Positions 13,804 to 27,264 of a stretch of 64,000 nucleotides of DNA are shown one piece after another. The stretch's first letter is position 1, and every line of letters begins with the position of its first letter. Source of the DNA: Trichinella spiralis (lineage: Eukaryota); contig NW_003526940.1 in NCBI RefSeq assembly GCF_000181795.1, positions 22,440 to 86,439 on the forward strand, given 5' to 3'. Under the pieces are notes generated by a model. The model did not search any database. It worked only from the letters and a program-made list of their open reading frames with translations, and had not been told where the DNA came from. A program made the position numbers and the translations under genes.

Positions 13804-15304
13804 TTTTATTGTCACACTGAGTGAGTGAATATGCATATTTCAACCAATTTAAATGAATAAAACAATTTCAATTCATTGTTTCGAGATTCAATGCATGACG
13901 ACGACATTGTTTATTGCACTGTATTAAAAAATTTGCACAGATTTGTGGATTTTTAAAATTGTCATTATCATTCAAAACCACTAAAAACTATGCAAAAACA
14001 ACATTGAATACGATCATTTTTATTTAATTCAACGTTATAAATAAGCAAAATAATTCCCGTGAAATTTAAATAAATCTTAAATTTGCACATAATATGTTCA
14101 TTAACTTGCGTAGTAAATCGTAAATTACCGATGTATATATCTCTCTTTGTTCATTTGGATTTGAATTTTCTCGCTGCATACAGAAAGGCATTTCATATTT
14201 TACATGAAATATTTTGATTTTAATATCATCCGATAGTCTGATAAAAGCTGAAATCAGCAAAGTATACTAATACACATAAATAAAGGACAAAAAATTGAAT
14301 TATTCAAAATATATCAACAAATTTGAAAATAATCAAACCGTACTCTTCATAATTCAACGATGGTGAATTAATTTATTATGAATTGCAAAATTTGAACAAC
14401 TCCTTTGAAATTTAAATTATTTTATCTGGCGCAAGTGTTGCTTCTTGTTCTCTTTTTTCAAAGACTTTTTAGAAGATAGCATTAAAATGTTTGAGCAAAC
14501 AAAATGAGTTTTAAAGAAGCAAAGTTCCACTAAATTTGACTGGTGATAAGGAAAAATATTTTATTTACGTAAACGTGTTGTTGTTGTTGATAAACTGCAG
14601 AGCAATTCCAAAATGTTGACAAACGTGCTCGCGTTTATTTTATATGCAAATTTTATTAAACGAGTTATTTGTTACTTTTGGATTTATTATTTTATTAAAA
14701 ATTGAGAATAATAAAAAGTTTTCATTCAAAAATGAAAATTTTGTTATTGTTTTACAAATATGAATGGTTTTCTTGAAAAGTTTTAGAAAATTTTTTATTA
14801 CTATTACAAAAAAACGTATTATTATTATACCGAAAATGAATATTTTTCAAAGTAAACTTAATTCAAATTGTAAACTGAAAAATGTTTTCTGTTTGTATTA
14901 ATTATTAAAAATATAAGTCAAAAATGAACTTAAAATTTTCACAAGAAAACCGGTTCAAGTTTAAAATTTATCAGATTTAAAGATTTAATGATTAAAAACA
15001 ATATGTGTGTGCTTATAACAAATTTCAGATATTTATATAGCACGTCAGTAAATGCTTAAGATTTACGAATAAACATATAAGCATATATATGATCATCAAT
15101 TTCAAGCAAATAATGAATGTTGTTCATCCCCTAGAATATCTAAACAAAATAATTTAATTTTTAAATGCCGTCGAGAGATGATGAGTAAATTTTACATTTA
15201 CATTGAATACGCATAAATTTACATAATTCGTGATTAACACTGCAAACAGCTGATGTTACTTTTTCAAATATTCAATTGCTGATTTATTGCTATTAATGTT
15301 TAAA

Positions 15305-15328
15305 ACAACAACAACAACAACAACAACA
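15305..15328. repeat. (CAA)n microsatellite
   Basis: Tandem CAA units. Confidence 0.9.
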
Positions 15329-16578
15329 AAAACAATCCAACTGTACAGCTTTATCAAAGTTCCATTTCGAACATTGCCTCTAATATAATGCATACGACTG
15401 TCATCATTCTGCGTTAAAGATTACCAAAAAACAGATGTAAAAAATAAACAGTCTTTTTGAAATATTTTCAAAAATCACATCTCAATTAAAGTGAGAGATG
15501 AGTGTGTACTAAATGTGATTTTTCCTTTTAAATAATAATTTGTAATGCAATTGAATTTACTTGCCATTTTATTAACCTTAGCAGATTATTATAAAATGTT
15601 GGATAAATTTGCGACTTTTATATCAATTCCCAATCGTACGCATATTGAATGAATAATATTCAAATTTAGAATTTCATTTGAACTTTGCAATTCAAACACC
15701 TCAATCAATTATATTCCTCACCCCCCCCCCACATACACACACACACTCAACAACGTATATTGAAAATAATATCAAGCATTATCAATAGAATGATTTATTA
15801 AAACAGATTTAATGAACTGAACACACTGTACAAAAGAATCATGTGCCATTTTTACATTATTCAAAAAAACTTAAACAAACAACGTACACACGCATATTAG
15901 TCTTTTTGATGATGAGCAGCGGCAAATGAGAAGACACAGAGGATGGAATAACAAATTTGGTCTGCCTAAAAAAATAATCAAATGTACAGAACGCAAAATA
16001 CCAATTTTTAACTGCATAAAAGACACGCAAAATAGCAATGTCCATTGGGATTGATTGTGTCAATATGATTAATTTTGAAAATATTCAACATGTAACAATA
16101 AAATAAGTTTAAATGTGAAAAAAGGTATACAATTTCATAAATTGTGCATTGTTGAATAATGGTAGATGTTGTTCAACGTTGGAATATATAATGATAATAA
16201 TTGAATAATACTTTTTTTGGCGGTAGTTTTGTTAAATTAAACATTAAATTAGCTTTGTCAAATTATCTAGAGCAAAAAAATTTTCAGCGATTTTTTCTCT
16301 TGTGACTATTTATGAGTAGAATAGAAGTTGGAGAAAATAATTTTGACAGATCAATTTCAGAAAAGTTTTGTTTCGTCAAAGAAATGATCAATCAGTCAAT
16401 CAATCAATGTTCATCAAAATAAGATCAGTAAATCAGATTCAGTGAATGGTTTATATATTTTTTTTTAATTTCAAATTCAAATGCACACTAAAATGGAAAA
16501 AATATTCAAAAAATTTATACCGAACAGATAACAAATAAATAAACAAACAAACAAACAAACACAATTCATGCACACAGT

Positions 16579-19500
16579 TCAAGCAAATTGGGTGCAAACA
16601 GCCACAGATATCATGCGATGAATAGCACGGCCAATGTCCGCAGCCTGAAAAATACAGCAAATTCTTTTTTTAAATTGACCACTATTCATGCTTGACTTTG
16701 TACATTGAAAAAATTGAAGAAGCACAATTATATTATTGCAGATGAAATATAAAAAATTTTACAAATGCATGGGTCATCTTTTAAATAGTACAGTATGCCT
16801 GTCAAATTTAAATTTAAACGCTAGATTAGTTTACTTTTTCAGAAATATTTCAAAATAAAAACATGAAAAAACCCATACAAATACACAAAATATATACAGA
16901 CTTAAATGTTGAAAAATAAAAAAAAAGAACTGCATCGTGTAGTCAGTTTAAAAAGGATAAAAAAAGCTCAGAAGCAAAAAAACTGCTCGTACAGTAACCA
17001 CATGAAGTAGGTCAAATGCAAATAAGTCAACAAGCGCAGCTTGTACTCGGTTAAACTTGGACCTTTTGATCGATGCTGTTGAAAAAGCAAATAAATTTTG
17101 TAATCTGAAAACACCTTGAGACAAAAAAATAAGATTACACTGATTGCGGTGGCAATAAATAAAGTCCACTTTTGAAAAGTTGTTACGTAGAGAAGAGTAC
17201 AAAGTGCAAAAAACAAATGTTATAAACAAACAAGCAATAAAATTTACGTAAACGTGGCAAAAAAATAATGCGAAAAAACAACAACAACAACAAATATAGA
17301 TAATAAATAAAAGAAGATGATTAAGTTTATGCGTTTTAGTTTCGCTTTATCAATTTTGATTATAATTTTTAATTTCCTTTTCCCCAGTTATACTGCTAGT
17401 GCTCGCTCAGCAGAGAAACGTATTTGGAATTAATACGATTATTTGTCCAATGCAAGCCTTGCAATTGACGTCATCTATATTCTTCATTCAATAATCAAGT
17501 TTACGCAATGAAATTTATTTTTAGAAAATGATAACACAACACAACAATTTCATTCATTCATCCATTCAATCTCTCTCCCTCTCTTTCTTTCAATGGATGT
17601 CAAATAATTTTTATTAATTAATTTCTATTCTACTTTTTAAAACTACAGTGTATATTTTTCTATTTTGTTAATTTAAAGTGAAACTGACTAAAACTGTTCA
17701 TCGAAAAACTCGGAAAAATAAATAACATGCTGATTGAAAACAGTGAATAATAATTTTTAATTTCCTCAAAAGAGCCAAAGCTTAGCTGAATTGACTGACT
17801 CAAATAATTCATTTACTTACCATTGGAGAAAAATATTTTTTTGTAATCAACTGATTGTTCTCTTGTCCTAAACATATGCAAAAATAAAAAATTGTTTGTT
17901 TGTTTGTTTATTTATTCATTTATAAAAAGCTACTTCAAGCAAGCATGTAAAAAAACTTACTGAATTCTTCCAAAATAAATATATTTCCACCGTAAGTGTT
18001 GCATTTCTTTATGTTGACCAAATCGACAAACCACTGAAACAAAGATTTTGAAAATTGTTGTTTCTTTTGCAAAAAAATATGATGAATTAATTAATTATAC
18101 AGCAACAAACCTTGACATCGGCAAAAGTAAAAATCAATCCATCGATGCGCACGTTCAACAGTCCGTTTTGGTTGGTTTCAATATCTTGAATGGGAAATTC
18201 ACCGCACAATTCTTTGCCTTCAGAATATGAATGCAAATTTATTACAATCATAAAATAAGCTAAAATAATGTGCAAAGAAGAAAAAAAAACCAACTAACCA
18301 GGCAGCGCGACTTTTCCCTTCGCCGCAGCTTTCTCCATCACAGACTTTGCATAAGTGTACAAACTTCGACACTGAAAATGTGCATTGGAAAGAATAAAGA
18401 GAAATAGAATTATTAAAATTTCTTCATGTTCTACAAGTGAAACAAAATGACCGCATAGTTACTTTTTTGCAGTAAAATTTGTTCAACGACACTTTGCCTT
18501 CGCTATTCCGTCTCCACAAGCAGACAACTTTCGTCTTTGGCGAATAAGTCATGTTAACCAACTGTTCAAACCACCAGCGTTCCAAGATGCTTCCATTAAT
18601 ACCGCGTAACATTATAGCTTCATCAGAAACCTGTACAGACAATAATTGCACAATTTATTTTTTTTATTCATGAAAATCAACTCTTCTCGCAATGGGCAAC
18701 AAATTAATACCTCCAAGAACATCATATCGCCGAAAATATCAGAACCACTGTGAACAGTAAATGTATGCTTTTGAACAAGCTCATAACTGCAAGCTTTCAA
18801 TTGGATACCGTTTCCCTTCTGAAATGATAACGAATAACAAAAAAAAAATTAAATTCTAATAATATGTTCGTTCCACTGACTCACCAAAAAATGTATCCGA
18901 TCGAGAACAGAATTAATTTCCTGCGAACACACAAGTCCCACGTGCGCTTTTCCAATTAGCCGTCTGATTTTCTGCTGTATTAGCTGCTTGGGGCAGTTGA
19001 CCATCAGCATAACGGCGCACATGTTGTGCAGAACAGTGGTCAAGAGTTTGTCTTCTTCGAGTTCAAGCCGCTTGCGATCACTTTCCGACATGCTTGCATA
19101 TCTTCAACAGTGGACAATAATATCTCATTGAAACCGATAAAAAGAATAAACCTTTCAATTAATTCGCAAGGTTCTTGATCCATTCCGACTACATCCCTTT
19201 CTTGTGATACGGTGTCATAGAAGACATTTTCCCAAAACTGCATGTTACACCACAACGAAGTTGTTGTGTTCACTGAAAATAATCAAAATTAATAATTTTG
19301 AAATTTGTTTCTATTTTAAATTTACAATACATACTCAGAAGTTCCTCGTATAAATAACATTTCTCCATGATCGGCATTCTGTGCATTGTCGCTGCTGTGT
19401 TGTCATAGTCCGCCAAATTTCCAGAACTTCCCGTAAAATTTTTTGCATTCTAAATTTTCAAAAATAAAAGTTTAAAATTAAAAACACTCGATGGAAATAT

Positions 19501-22500
19501 TTGCCTTGGATCGTTCTCTGTTTGTCAGATTGGGAGAAAACTGCTCAGATGGAAGCTGTTCATCGCTTGATGTACTGGACATCCTCGGCGGTGGAGGTCG
19601 TACAGGCTTTTTCGTGTTATTCTGATTGATGCTAACATTGCGCAACGACGAACGGTTGTTTCCTCTTTCAATATTGATAGGGGTATTATCCTGTGAACAC
19701 GGACCACCAAATGATCCTCTTCCACCGGGCACTGAAAGTAACAATTGAAACAATAAGAATATTAATTAATATAATGACCAATATATACTCGGATTTCCGT
19801 TCACGGTGACCAAATTGAGAGAAGGCTGTTGAAAATTTTCAAACGGTTGTGCCAAACCCGACTGACTCAAATCATGATACGATGATCCTGATTTGACATT
19901 TCTCTGAATTTAAATAAAGTTGGAACAGAAAAAAAAGACATTAAACTGATCTATCAATCAATCGACCAACCGACAGTGATTGTTACCTGGTTCAAAGAAG
20001 CGTCGACCTCTTTGACCCAGTAATGGGAGTGAGCAATTTCCAAAACTTGCAATGCGGATGCAACGCAAGGGGCGTTGACGGAGTTGAATGAAAATTCCAA
20101 CCCGCTGATGATATTTTGCAAAAGACGAACAATACCACGACCAACGTTACGGCTAACTTGCTAAGAAATTACAAACAGAAATTCAGCTTATTTTGTTGTT
20201 GTTGTTGTTGTTTTTGAAAGCTATTTTATTATTTTGTTTTAAATACCACATCAGCGAGGTATTCATTTTCTTGAATGCTATTCTTGCGGTGCAAATTCAG
20301 CCGTTTGGTTGCCAATATGCGAAGGCTTTCATCTTCCATCAAACGTCTGAACCGGTGCATGGTGAACACCCCGACGCCGTGCCCAGCAAGCACGTTGTCG
20401 CACGCTTCTTTGACCGTAAGTTGGCTTTTGCTGCGCAAAAATTTAAATTTAAATTTAAATTTAAACTTGCTCCACTTTCTCAATTCTCACTTTGTTATAG
20501 CGTCGGCACTTGGCCGCTTCGACCGGCTCGTTGCTCCCCTTTTCCATCTGTTCGCCTCTGAATCCAAAGATCCTATGTCTATGGAAACAACGCTCGACTT
20601 TTTCATCGCTGACAAATAAATATTAAAATAATAAAGACAAAAATTATTTTCAAATATTAAAATAAAACCCGCATACGTCCGTTTTTGACAAGTTTGACAG
20701 CTGGCACGGTTTTCAGCATTTCGTTGAAAACCGCCTGCGTTTTTCCGGCGTAGTTGGTCATCTGCGAGTTGAACGAAGACAAAAGCTTGGCTTTGCTGAT
20801 GCTATTTGCCGGGCTGAAATCCCCACTGCCACCACCACCACCACCACTACCACCATCCAAATGGAACGAATTCTGAAATTTACAAAAGTATCAGAAAAAA
20901 AATCAAACCCCATCAACGTATTGATCCGATAGATTCGGGATTATTCAAAATTTACCAACAAGGAAAACTTGTGCCCAGGGGTTTTCTGTGTGGGTGTGGT
21001 GGCTGTGGACGACGACGTGACCACAGATCTCAGTGATCCTTCGGCAGTTAGCGAAGAGGATGCGCTTTCACTGCAGGATGAAGCTGTCGGTGTGAAATTG
21101 GCCGAATCGTACGAATCTGACTTTTCAACCTGAGCGCCAAATTTGAAAAAAAAATCAGGCTATCCTGCTTGAAAGCCATATATGCTTACTTTCAAATCGG
21201 TTTTCAGTGCTAAATTTTGCGCCAATTTTGCAAAATCGTTCTCAGAATCAATGTTGCAAGTGGAAATTGAAGACGGACTGCTCAATGCGGAACTCGGTGC
21301 AGAATTCGACAGCGAAAACACACTCTCTGAGCCGGGAACTTCAAGAGTCAACGGCTGATTGTACACATTGTTCACTTCGCACAACGGTCCGTCAGAATAT
21401 GTAAAATCTGAAAAAATAATTCAATTCAATTTAATTTATTTCATTTTTTTAATTAAGTATTTAAAAAATCAATTAATTACCATTGGAAGCATCGAATTCA
21501 CAAACTGACGTATCGAACAGAAGATCTGAAATGCTTGACAACGAACTGCTAGAACTTCCGCTGTCATCTTTATCATTATCTAGCCAATCGTCTAGATTCC
21601 AATTGAAAACAAAAATAAATCAATTAATTAATTATGAATTTAAAAAACACCACCTTTTTCTCTGTGCATTGACGAATCAATGGAACATGAATTCCACGCA
21701 TTGATTAACGAAGAATCAGGAAGTATAACTTCAAAATTGATCACCGCCAAATGTTCACCGTACCATTTCACTTTATCCCCGATAATGTAAGGATCTTCAA
21801 CACCTGAATACTTTGAAAAATAATACCACAACAAAATAAATTTCAAAAACAAACAAACAAACAAACAAACATTCTCCTACTAACCATTCTGTACTCTTAT
21901 GTATGCTTCATTTTTCGGCATCAAAGAACATTCGGCAAAATATTCAATTGCCTATTAAATGCAAATTGATCAATCGAGGAGATTTAGTAAAAATTTGATA
22001 CCTGCGTTTGCAAAAAATCCCGCACAAATACAGACGGAATTGTTCTAGATTTGATCAACGAATCGGGCAGCAAAGCGACCACCGGTCTGGGATAAAGGCG
22101 CAACGTACGGGTGTGTTCGGAAAAATTTCCAAGAATGTTGGGCGAATTGAAAAATCGTACCTTACCAAACAATAGATGGAACATTTTGAACATGATTAAG
22201 AGGTGAAAAAATTGACGCTTACCATGGCAATTCGTAAATTGATATCAATTTCATCAGGATCCACCACGCATGATGATTCACCGGTTGTATCGACTGGCGA
22301 CGACGCTTCTGCATTTGGATTATTACCAGGAGGTGTGCCAATGAACGCAACGGCCTGCAAAAAATGAACATCTCATTCTGAATACATTCAGTTACATTCA
22401 AATTCACCTGATTGAAGTGCGCAAGAAGAGTCCTTCTATCGGGTTCAGGTACAACAGGTATGGTCACACACTTCGGTATTGTAACCTGAAACTTATTCTC

Positions 22501-24057
22501 CCATTAAAAAAATATTAATCTGAATTAGAACAGATGGCAAGGATAAGGAAAAAAATAATTTTTTTTCTTTTAATAGATAAAGAACAATTCAATTCAGTTA
22601 TAAATTTTGAGCTTACTTTGCTCGAATCCAAATCGACAAACACAATGTCGGTTGGTAACACGGAAAATTGCCTCATTTCAAAAAAAGAAGCTGGAATACC
22701 AATAACAAATGGTGTTGGCGCAAGAAGAAGCTAGAAGAAAAAAAAACAAAAAATAAAATATGCTACAATATTATAATAATTCTGCACTTGTTCTGCGCCA
22801 GTAAGACAAGGAGGCAGCAGTGGAATGACGGGAAATAAATATTCCATAGGATAAAGAAGACTAATTGCTGCCAGCACGCACAAGCTGACTGCATTATAAT
22901 CTCTCGATTGAAAAAGCACCTAAAAAATATATGTAAAATATACGTTTCAAACAAAAAAAGAAATGCAGATGCATAATTAAATGTTATTGAATACTTTATT
23001 TTCCAACATAATACAAAGAAGAACGGTCATCGCGTTCTCGGATCCAAGCAATTCAATCAACAAATAAAGCGGAAAATCAACCAAAGTAAATCTTGTATGA
23101 TTAGGCAGTGCAAATGTCATTACTTCCGATATGTCGGGGGGCAATACTTGAAGCTTAAAATAGAAGGAAAAAAAGAATATTTAATTGAAACAAAAGTCAA
23201 AAATTAATAATAATTCACCTCGACTCTCGTCAAACCAGGAACCGGTACAGGAGCGCTGAGTAATTTCAATATCCAAGTTTCGAGTTGTCTAATTTCATCC
23301 ATGACCAAAGCGGGAATGTTTTCATGCCAAAGTCCCAACAGTGCTGCCCAAACGCCATCCCTGGATGAAAATTCAATTCGACATTTCAAATATTTTTTTG
23401 AAATAAGCAAAATTCGCTCATCTACCTGACCAGTGCGTTGTTATTAGCCATTTTTAAGCTCACTTGCTCGTTGCAACAGTCGACAAGTCGTCGTAGCACG
23501 CACAACAGTTGGCGGAATTTGGTGAAAAACGGATGGTGACTGATGATGCACAGGCTGACCAGTGAATAGAAGCGGTTGCAAATTCGCCTCTTCGCCTTCA
23601 CCCTCTGAGTCAAACTCTGCGACTGTCTAGCCGACTGCATCGCCTCGGCGACTTTTCTCCTGGCGTCGAACGGCTGCATAAAGTTCAAACTTATCCCATA
23701 GCGCAGCTTGTTCGAATCTTTCTCAGTCAACGTGAAAACGAAATTCGTCGCATCCCTGCTAGTCGACATCGACCCGGCGGATACTGTGCAACCGTCCGGC
23801 TGGCAGAAGTGGACAACGTCCGGCGGCAAGACGAAATCGTCGTGATTCGAGCTAGGATAACGCCGAAGCAGTTCTGATCGGTTGGTGCAGACTGTATGGG
23901 CCGAAATGTACGGTCTTTCAGAATCCGACGCCTGGTTGAACGAGGACATTTTACGAGCTTGACTAAAATTCGCCTCTCGACTGCCCACTATCACCAAATA
24001 GTCGATCAGTCTCGGGCATATGTTCATCCGCTTGTCGCAACACTTTTGTCCAACCAT
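16579..24057 (-). CDS. MADD: MADD / AEX-3 DENN-domain Rab3/Rab27 GEF, multi-exon
   Basis: N-terminal [12 protein letters not shown], uDENN/DENN motifs (LLRRYP...[38 protein letters not shown]), [49 protein letters not shown]...[35 protein letters not shown]-terminus [30 protein letters not shown] (last exon 16579-16644). Confidence 0.95.
20437..20466. repeat. (TTTAAA)n palindromic hexamer repeat inside a 60-bp MADD intron (20431-20490)
   Basis: AAAATTTAAATTTAAATTTAAATTTAAAC lies between a GTGAG donor and a GCAG acceptor on the - strand. Confidence 0.8.
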
Positions 24058-24619
24058 CTTTGTACAGGCGACCAAGTGTAAATTTGAAAATTTAAATTTT
24101 TCCAACTGCCTTTCCGACAATACTATTCAGAGTTGAATTTGAAACGGTGATCGAATGCAAAAGCACCATACCAAATATTCTGCCAAAAAAATTGTACATT
24201 TGTACATTTTTCAACAATGCAAAAGGAAATTAACAGTTGCATAAATTGCATCCTTCACAAAGTTGATATAATCAATTATTCCACTACTCATTATAACTTA
24301 TTTATGAGGCTGAAATTTATACTAAATGACTTACTTTAATAGAGCAAAATTTCACGTTAAACTCTAAATTTTTTAATAATGTGATTAACAAATCAACACG
24401 CAAATGAAGTTAATAACAACTTCATTTGATAAGAGAACCATGTGTACGTCCGGCAAATGTGTACTTTACAATCATTTACATTATTACAGTATACATAAAA
24501 ACAGTCGCAACGAGAAATTTATCCAGTTGAAATAAGATTGCACGCTATTACTGAATAACGACGAGCGGTAGAAATTCAGCAAATGAGAAGTGGAAAATTA
24601 AACTTTCGACCAAATAAAT

Positions 24620-25316
24620 AATTATAATCGAAAACTACATACCGATAAATCGCGATAGCTTTGATTTTGCGAAAAAAAATAAGAACTGATGAAATATCTC
24701 AGAAGAAGCGGCTTTGTATATTGTCAGTTCGACAGCAAATCTGCAAATGACAAACTGTCCTATCGTGTATGCTTATTCTCAAAGCTCTGAACAAACAGTG
24801 CCAAAACTGAGCTATTGAATTAATTGTACGCGATTGAACAAACACCGCTTTGTAGTGTACTTACTGGTTGGCTTACTGAATTTCCGCCATGTGAATTGCG
24901 AATCAGATGTTGTTGTTCATAAAAAATATTAAAATTTAAAGTTTACAACTTTGCGCAATCAGTTGGTGGGAAAATTGTTCAAATTAGTCATATTCAACGT
25001 TTGAAAAGAAGAAAATTTTCAACAATTCAACATTTGCTTATGCAATGGAATAAATTACAACGGAATCACCAGGAAAAAATACAAAGGATACCAAAAAAAG
25101 GTACAAATAAAAGTTCGGAGAGTGAAAGTGTGCGTTGAAGACAAAATGCCATATTGAAAGCTGGCTAAATCAAAATTGTCAGAAAATCAATTTAAAAATC
25201 AATTTTCCCACCGTTTGGAGAAGCTGTTCAGTTGAAATCATTTGATCGAATTAGCATTCATGACGAAGATGAGAACAACCAACACGGTCACAAATGGGAA
25301 ATTATGTCCGGGCAAA
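24620..25316 (+). repeat. ~700-bp dispersed repeat, copy B, ending at an assembly gap
   Basis: Near-identical to 571-1270. Confidence 0.95.
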
Positions 25317-25326
25317 NNNNNNNNNN
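25317..25326. other. Assembly gap (10 N)
   Basis: Run of 10 n characters. Confidence 1.
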
Positions 25327-25613
25327 AAAGGGAAAATGCACAAGTGACAAATTGTTCACAGTTGCAGCTTTCATGCTTAACCAAAGAGTGACAACTACTA
25401 AATCATTAGCATCTGAATAATTTTTTGATTTTACTGGGAGTGTTCTATTTGAATCTTTCTTGTTTGCAATCCAAGAATTTTACTTTAATATTTCTAAAGT
25501 TTCTTTCATTACGAAACAAACATCCATATATATATATATATTTATGCATGTCGATGAGGTTTGCTGTTTGTATGAAAAATCCTGTTTGACGTTCATACAT
25601 TTCATATAAAATA

Positions 25614-25660
25614 CAGTCGAACTTCATTAAGTGCATAAGATTTTGGCCGAAAAAAATTCC
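25614..25660 (+). mobile_element. Terminal fragment of the Tigger/pogo-like MITE family (see 54956, 56648)
   Basis: TA|CAGTCGAACTTCATTAAGTGCATAAGATTTTGGC matches TA|CAGTCGAACTTGGTTGAATGCACAAGATTTTGGC at 54954. Confidence 0.7.
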
Positions 25661-26160
25661 ACAATTACATCCACAATCATTCTTTTCTTCGCTGTTCACT
25701 TGTTTGGCTCGAAGAAAGCTTTCTGTCGGCGTTCTGTTTGGTTTTGTTCGTCATGGCTAATTTCTGTGAACTACGTTTTGTGACAAACTGTTGCTGTAGT
25801 ATGTCTCTGGTGTATGAAGGCAGGGCGTATAAATTAAAATATACCGGTAAACGGAGGAAGGTTTGGGAGTGTTCAGAAGTATGTGCGGAATGTATTGAAT
25901 GTGTTCCGTGTCATTAACAATTTGTTTGTTTCCGTATAGGACAAGAAGGGGTGCAAAACTTCTTTTAAAATTTTAATAATTAATTTTTTACTAAAACTAA
26001 TATAATTTAATTGTATTACAAAAAACATTGATTACTAAAAGCTGTCAAATTAAAAAATAAATATTTATTACACGAATAAAAGAACAACTGCATTTGACAA
26101 ACCTGACATCAAATATACCAGTGTTACGTAATCGATTGTTACGTATTCAAAACATTTGTA

Positions 26161-26313
26161 CCAATGAAATAAAAAATAGTGCAACTAATCAAAACAGAAT
26201 AATTTGAACCAATAAAAAGTTTGATAAGAGAACCAATATCATGGCGCCATAAATATGCAATGAGATTCTACGCCATTATTATCCAATGGAAAAGCGATTT
26301 TTTAACAACCAAT
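26161..26313 (+). promoter_or_regulatory. Periodic CCAAT-box array (24-26 bp spacing)
   Basis: CCAAT 26161, CTAAT 26185, CCAAT 26209, CCAAT 26233, GCAAT 26257, CCAAT 26283, CCAAT 26309. The spacers are not tandem repeats. Confidence 0.6.
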
Positions 26314-26460
26314 TGGAAAGCGCAAGCAAGAATTCCTTTGGTTTGGACCATCCCTTTGTAAGCACATTGATTTGAATTGACTATTGAAAATGTGAATTAA
26401 TAAAACATGAAACTTGTTTTTAAACGATTAATAAAATGTTTTCAAATAAGACAATGATGA

Positions 26461-27264
26461 TTAGGTATAATGATGACTGGATATAACAGATTTATGTCCA
26501 GATTTAATCTTTTTCTTCTTTTTCTTTTTGTTTTTCTGATGATTTTTGGAATGAATTTTCTTGTTAACGTTATGATCAGGGTCCTCGATGTCAGTAAAGA
26601 TGTAAAATTTTAGAGATCTCTCAACTTTGGCATGAGCGGAATAGAGGGAAATTTTTGACGAACTGCAAACACTGTTACTACTGGCCTGGTTTGATGGGAA
26701 ATATTCATCGTTCGATAGACTGAGCACATCAGATTTGGTCGCCGATTGAATATATGATTCTGGATAGAAGTGTCGTAAAATTTGAGAACATCTTTCACAG
26801 TAATTTACAAGCGTGCAATCCGAAATGATGCTTGAACTGCAGGATCTATCAAATTCAGAAGACGACCCTTGATCACTTGAAATGGATCTACTTCGTTTTG
26901 TTTTTGGGAATCTTCTTCCCATAATATCTTTTGAAGAACGACATGCATCACGAATGTCTGTATAAAAGTGTCCTGAATGTGAGCGTTGTCGATTTGCATG
27001 ATATCTGTGCCTTGCTGCAGAGCTTCGTCTTCTTCCTCTTCTGCTTTTTCTATTTTCCCGTGACCATGATTCAGAGCGACTTTTTCTAGAATAACTTCTA
27101 GAACGGGAACGGTGTCGATTTACGTGAGATGTATTGCGTGTTATGAGTATTTTTCCCTTTTCAATTCTTTGATTTCTTGATGGACGCCATGCATTATTTC
27201 TGCATCTAGAATAATTTCGAGAACGTGATCGCGATTGAGAGGGAACACGATAACGTTTTGTCAT
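26461..27264 (-). CDS. Intronless Arg/Ser-rich basic protein, family member 1 (267 aa)
   Basis: Single ORF with SRSRNYSR repeats, YCERCSQIL motif, KFYIFTD motif and a poly-Lys tail. Paralogous to 59024-59980 and 62456-63454. Confidence 0.8.
   Translation of the reverse strand: MTKRYRVPSQSRSRSRNYSRCRNNAWRPSRNQRIEKGKILITRNTSHVNRHRSRSRSYSRKSRSESWSRENRKSRRGRRRSSAARHRYHANRQRSHSGHFYTDIRDACRSSKDIMGRRFPKTKRSRSISSDQGSSSEFDRSCSSSIISDCTLVNYCERCSQILRHFYPESYIQSATKSDVLSLSNDEYFPSNQASSNSVCSSSKISLYSAHAKVERSLKFYIFTDIEDPDHNVNKKIHSKNHQKNKKKKKKKIKSGHKSVISSHHYT

Noticed and set aside
20229..20483. ORF beginning [15 protein letters not shown]
   Set aside because: The KF repeat is a translation of the (TTTAAA)n tract in a 60-bp MADD intron. 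Splicing gives [17 protein letters not shown], and intron retention hits a TGA.
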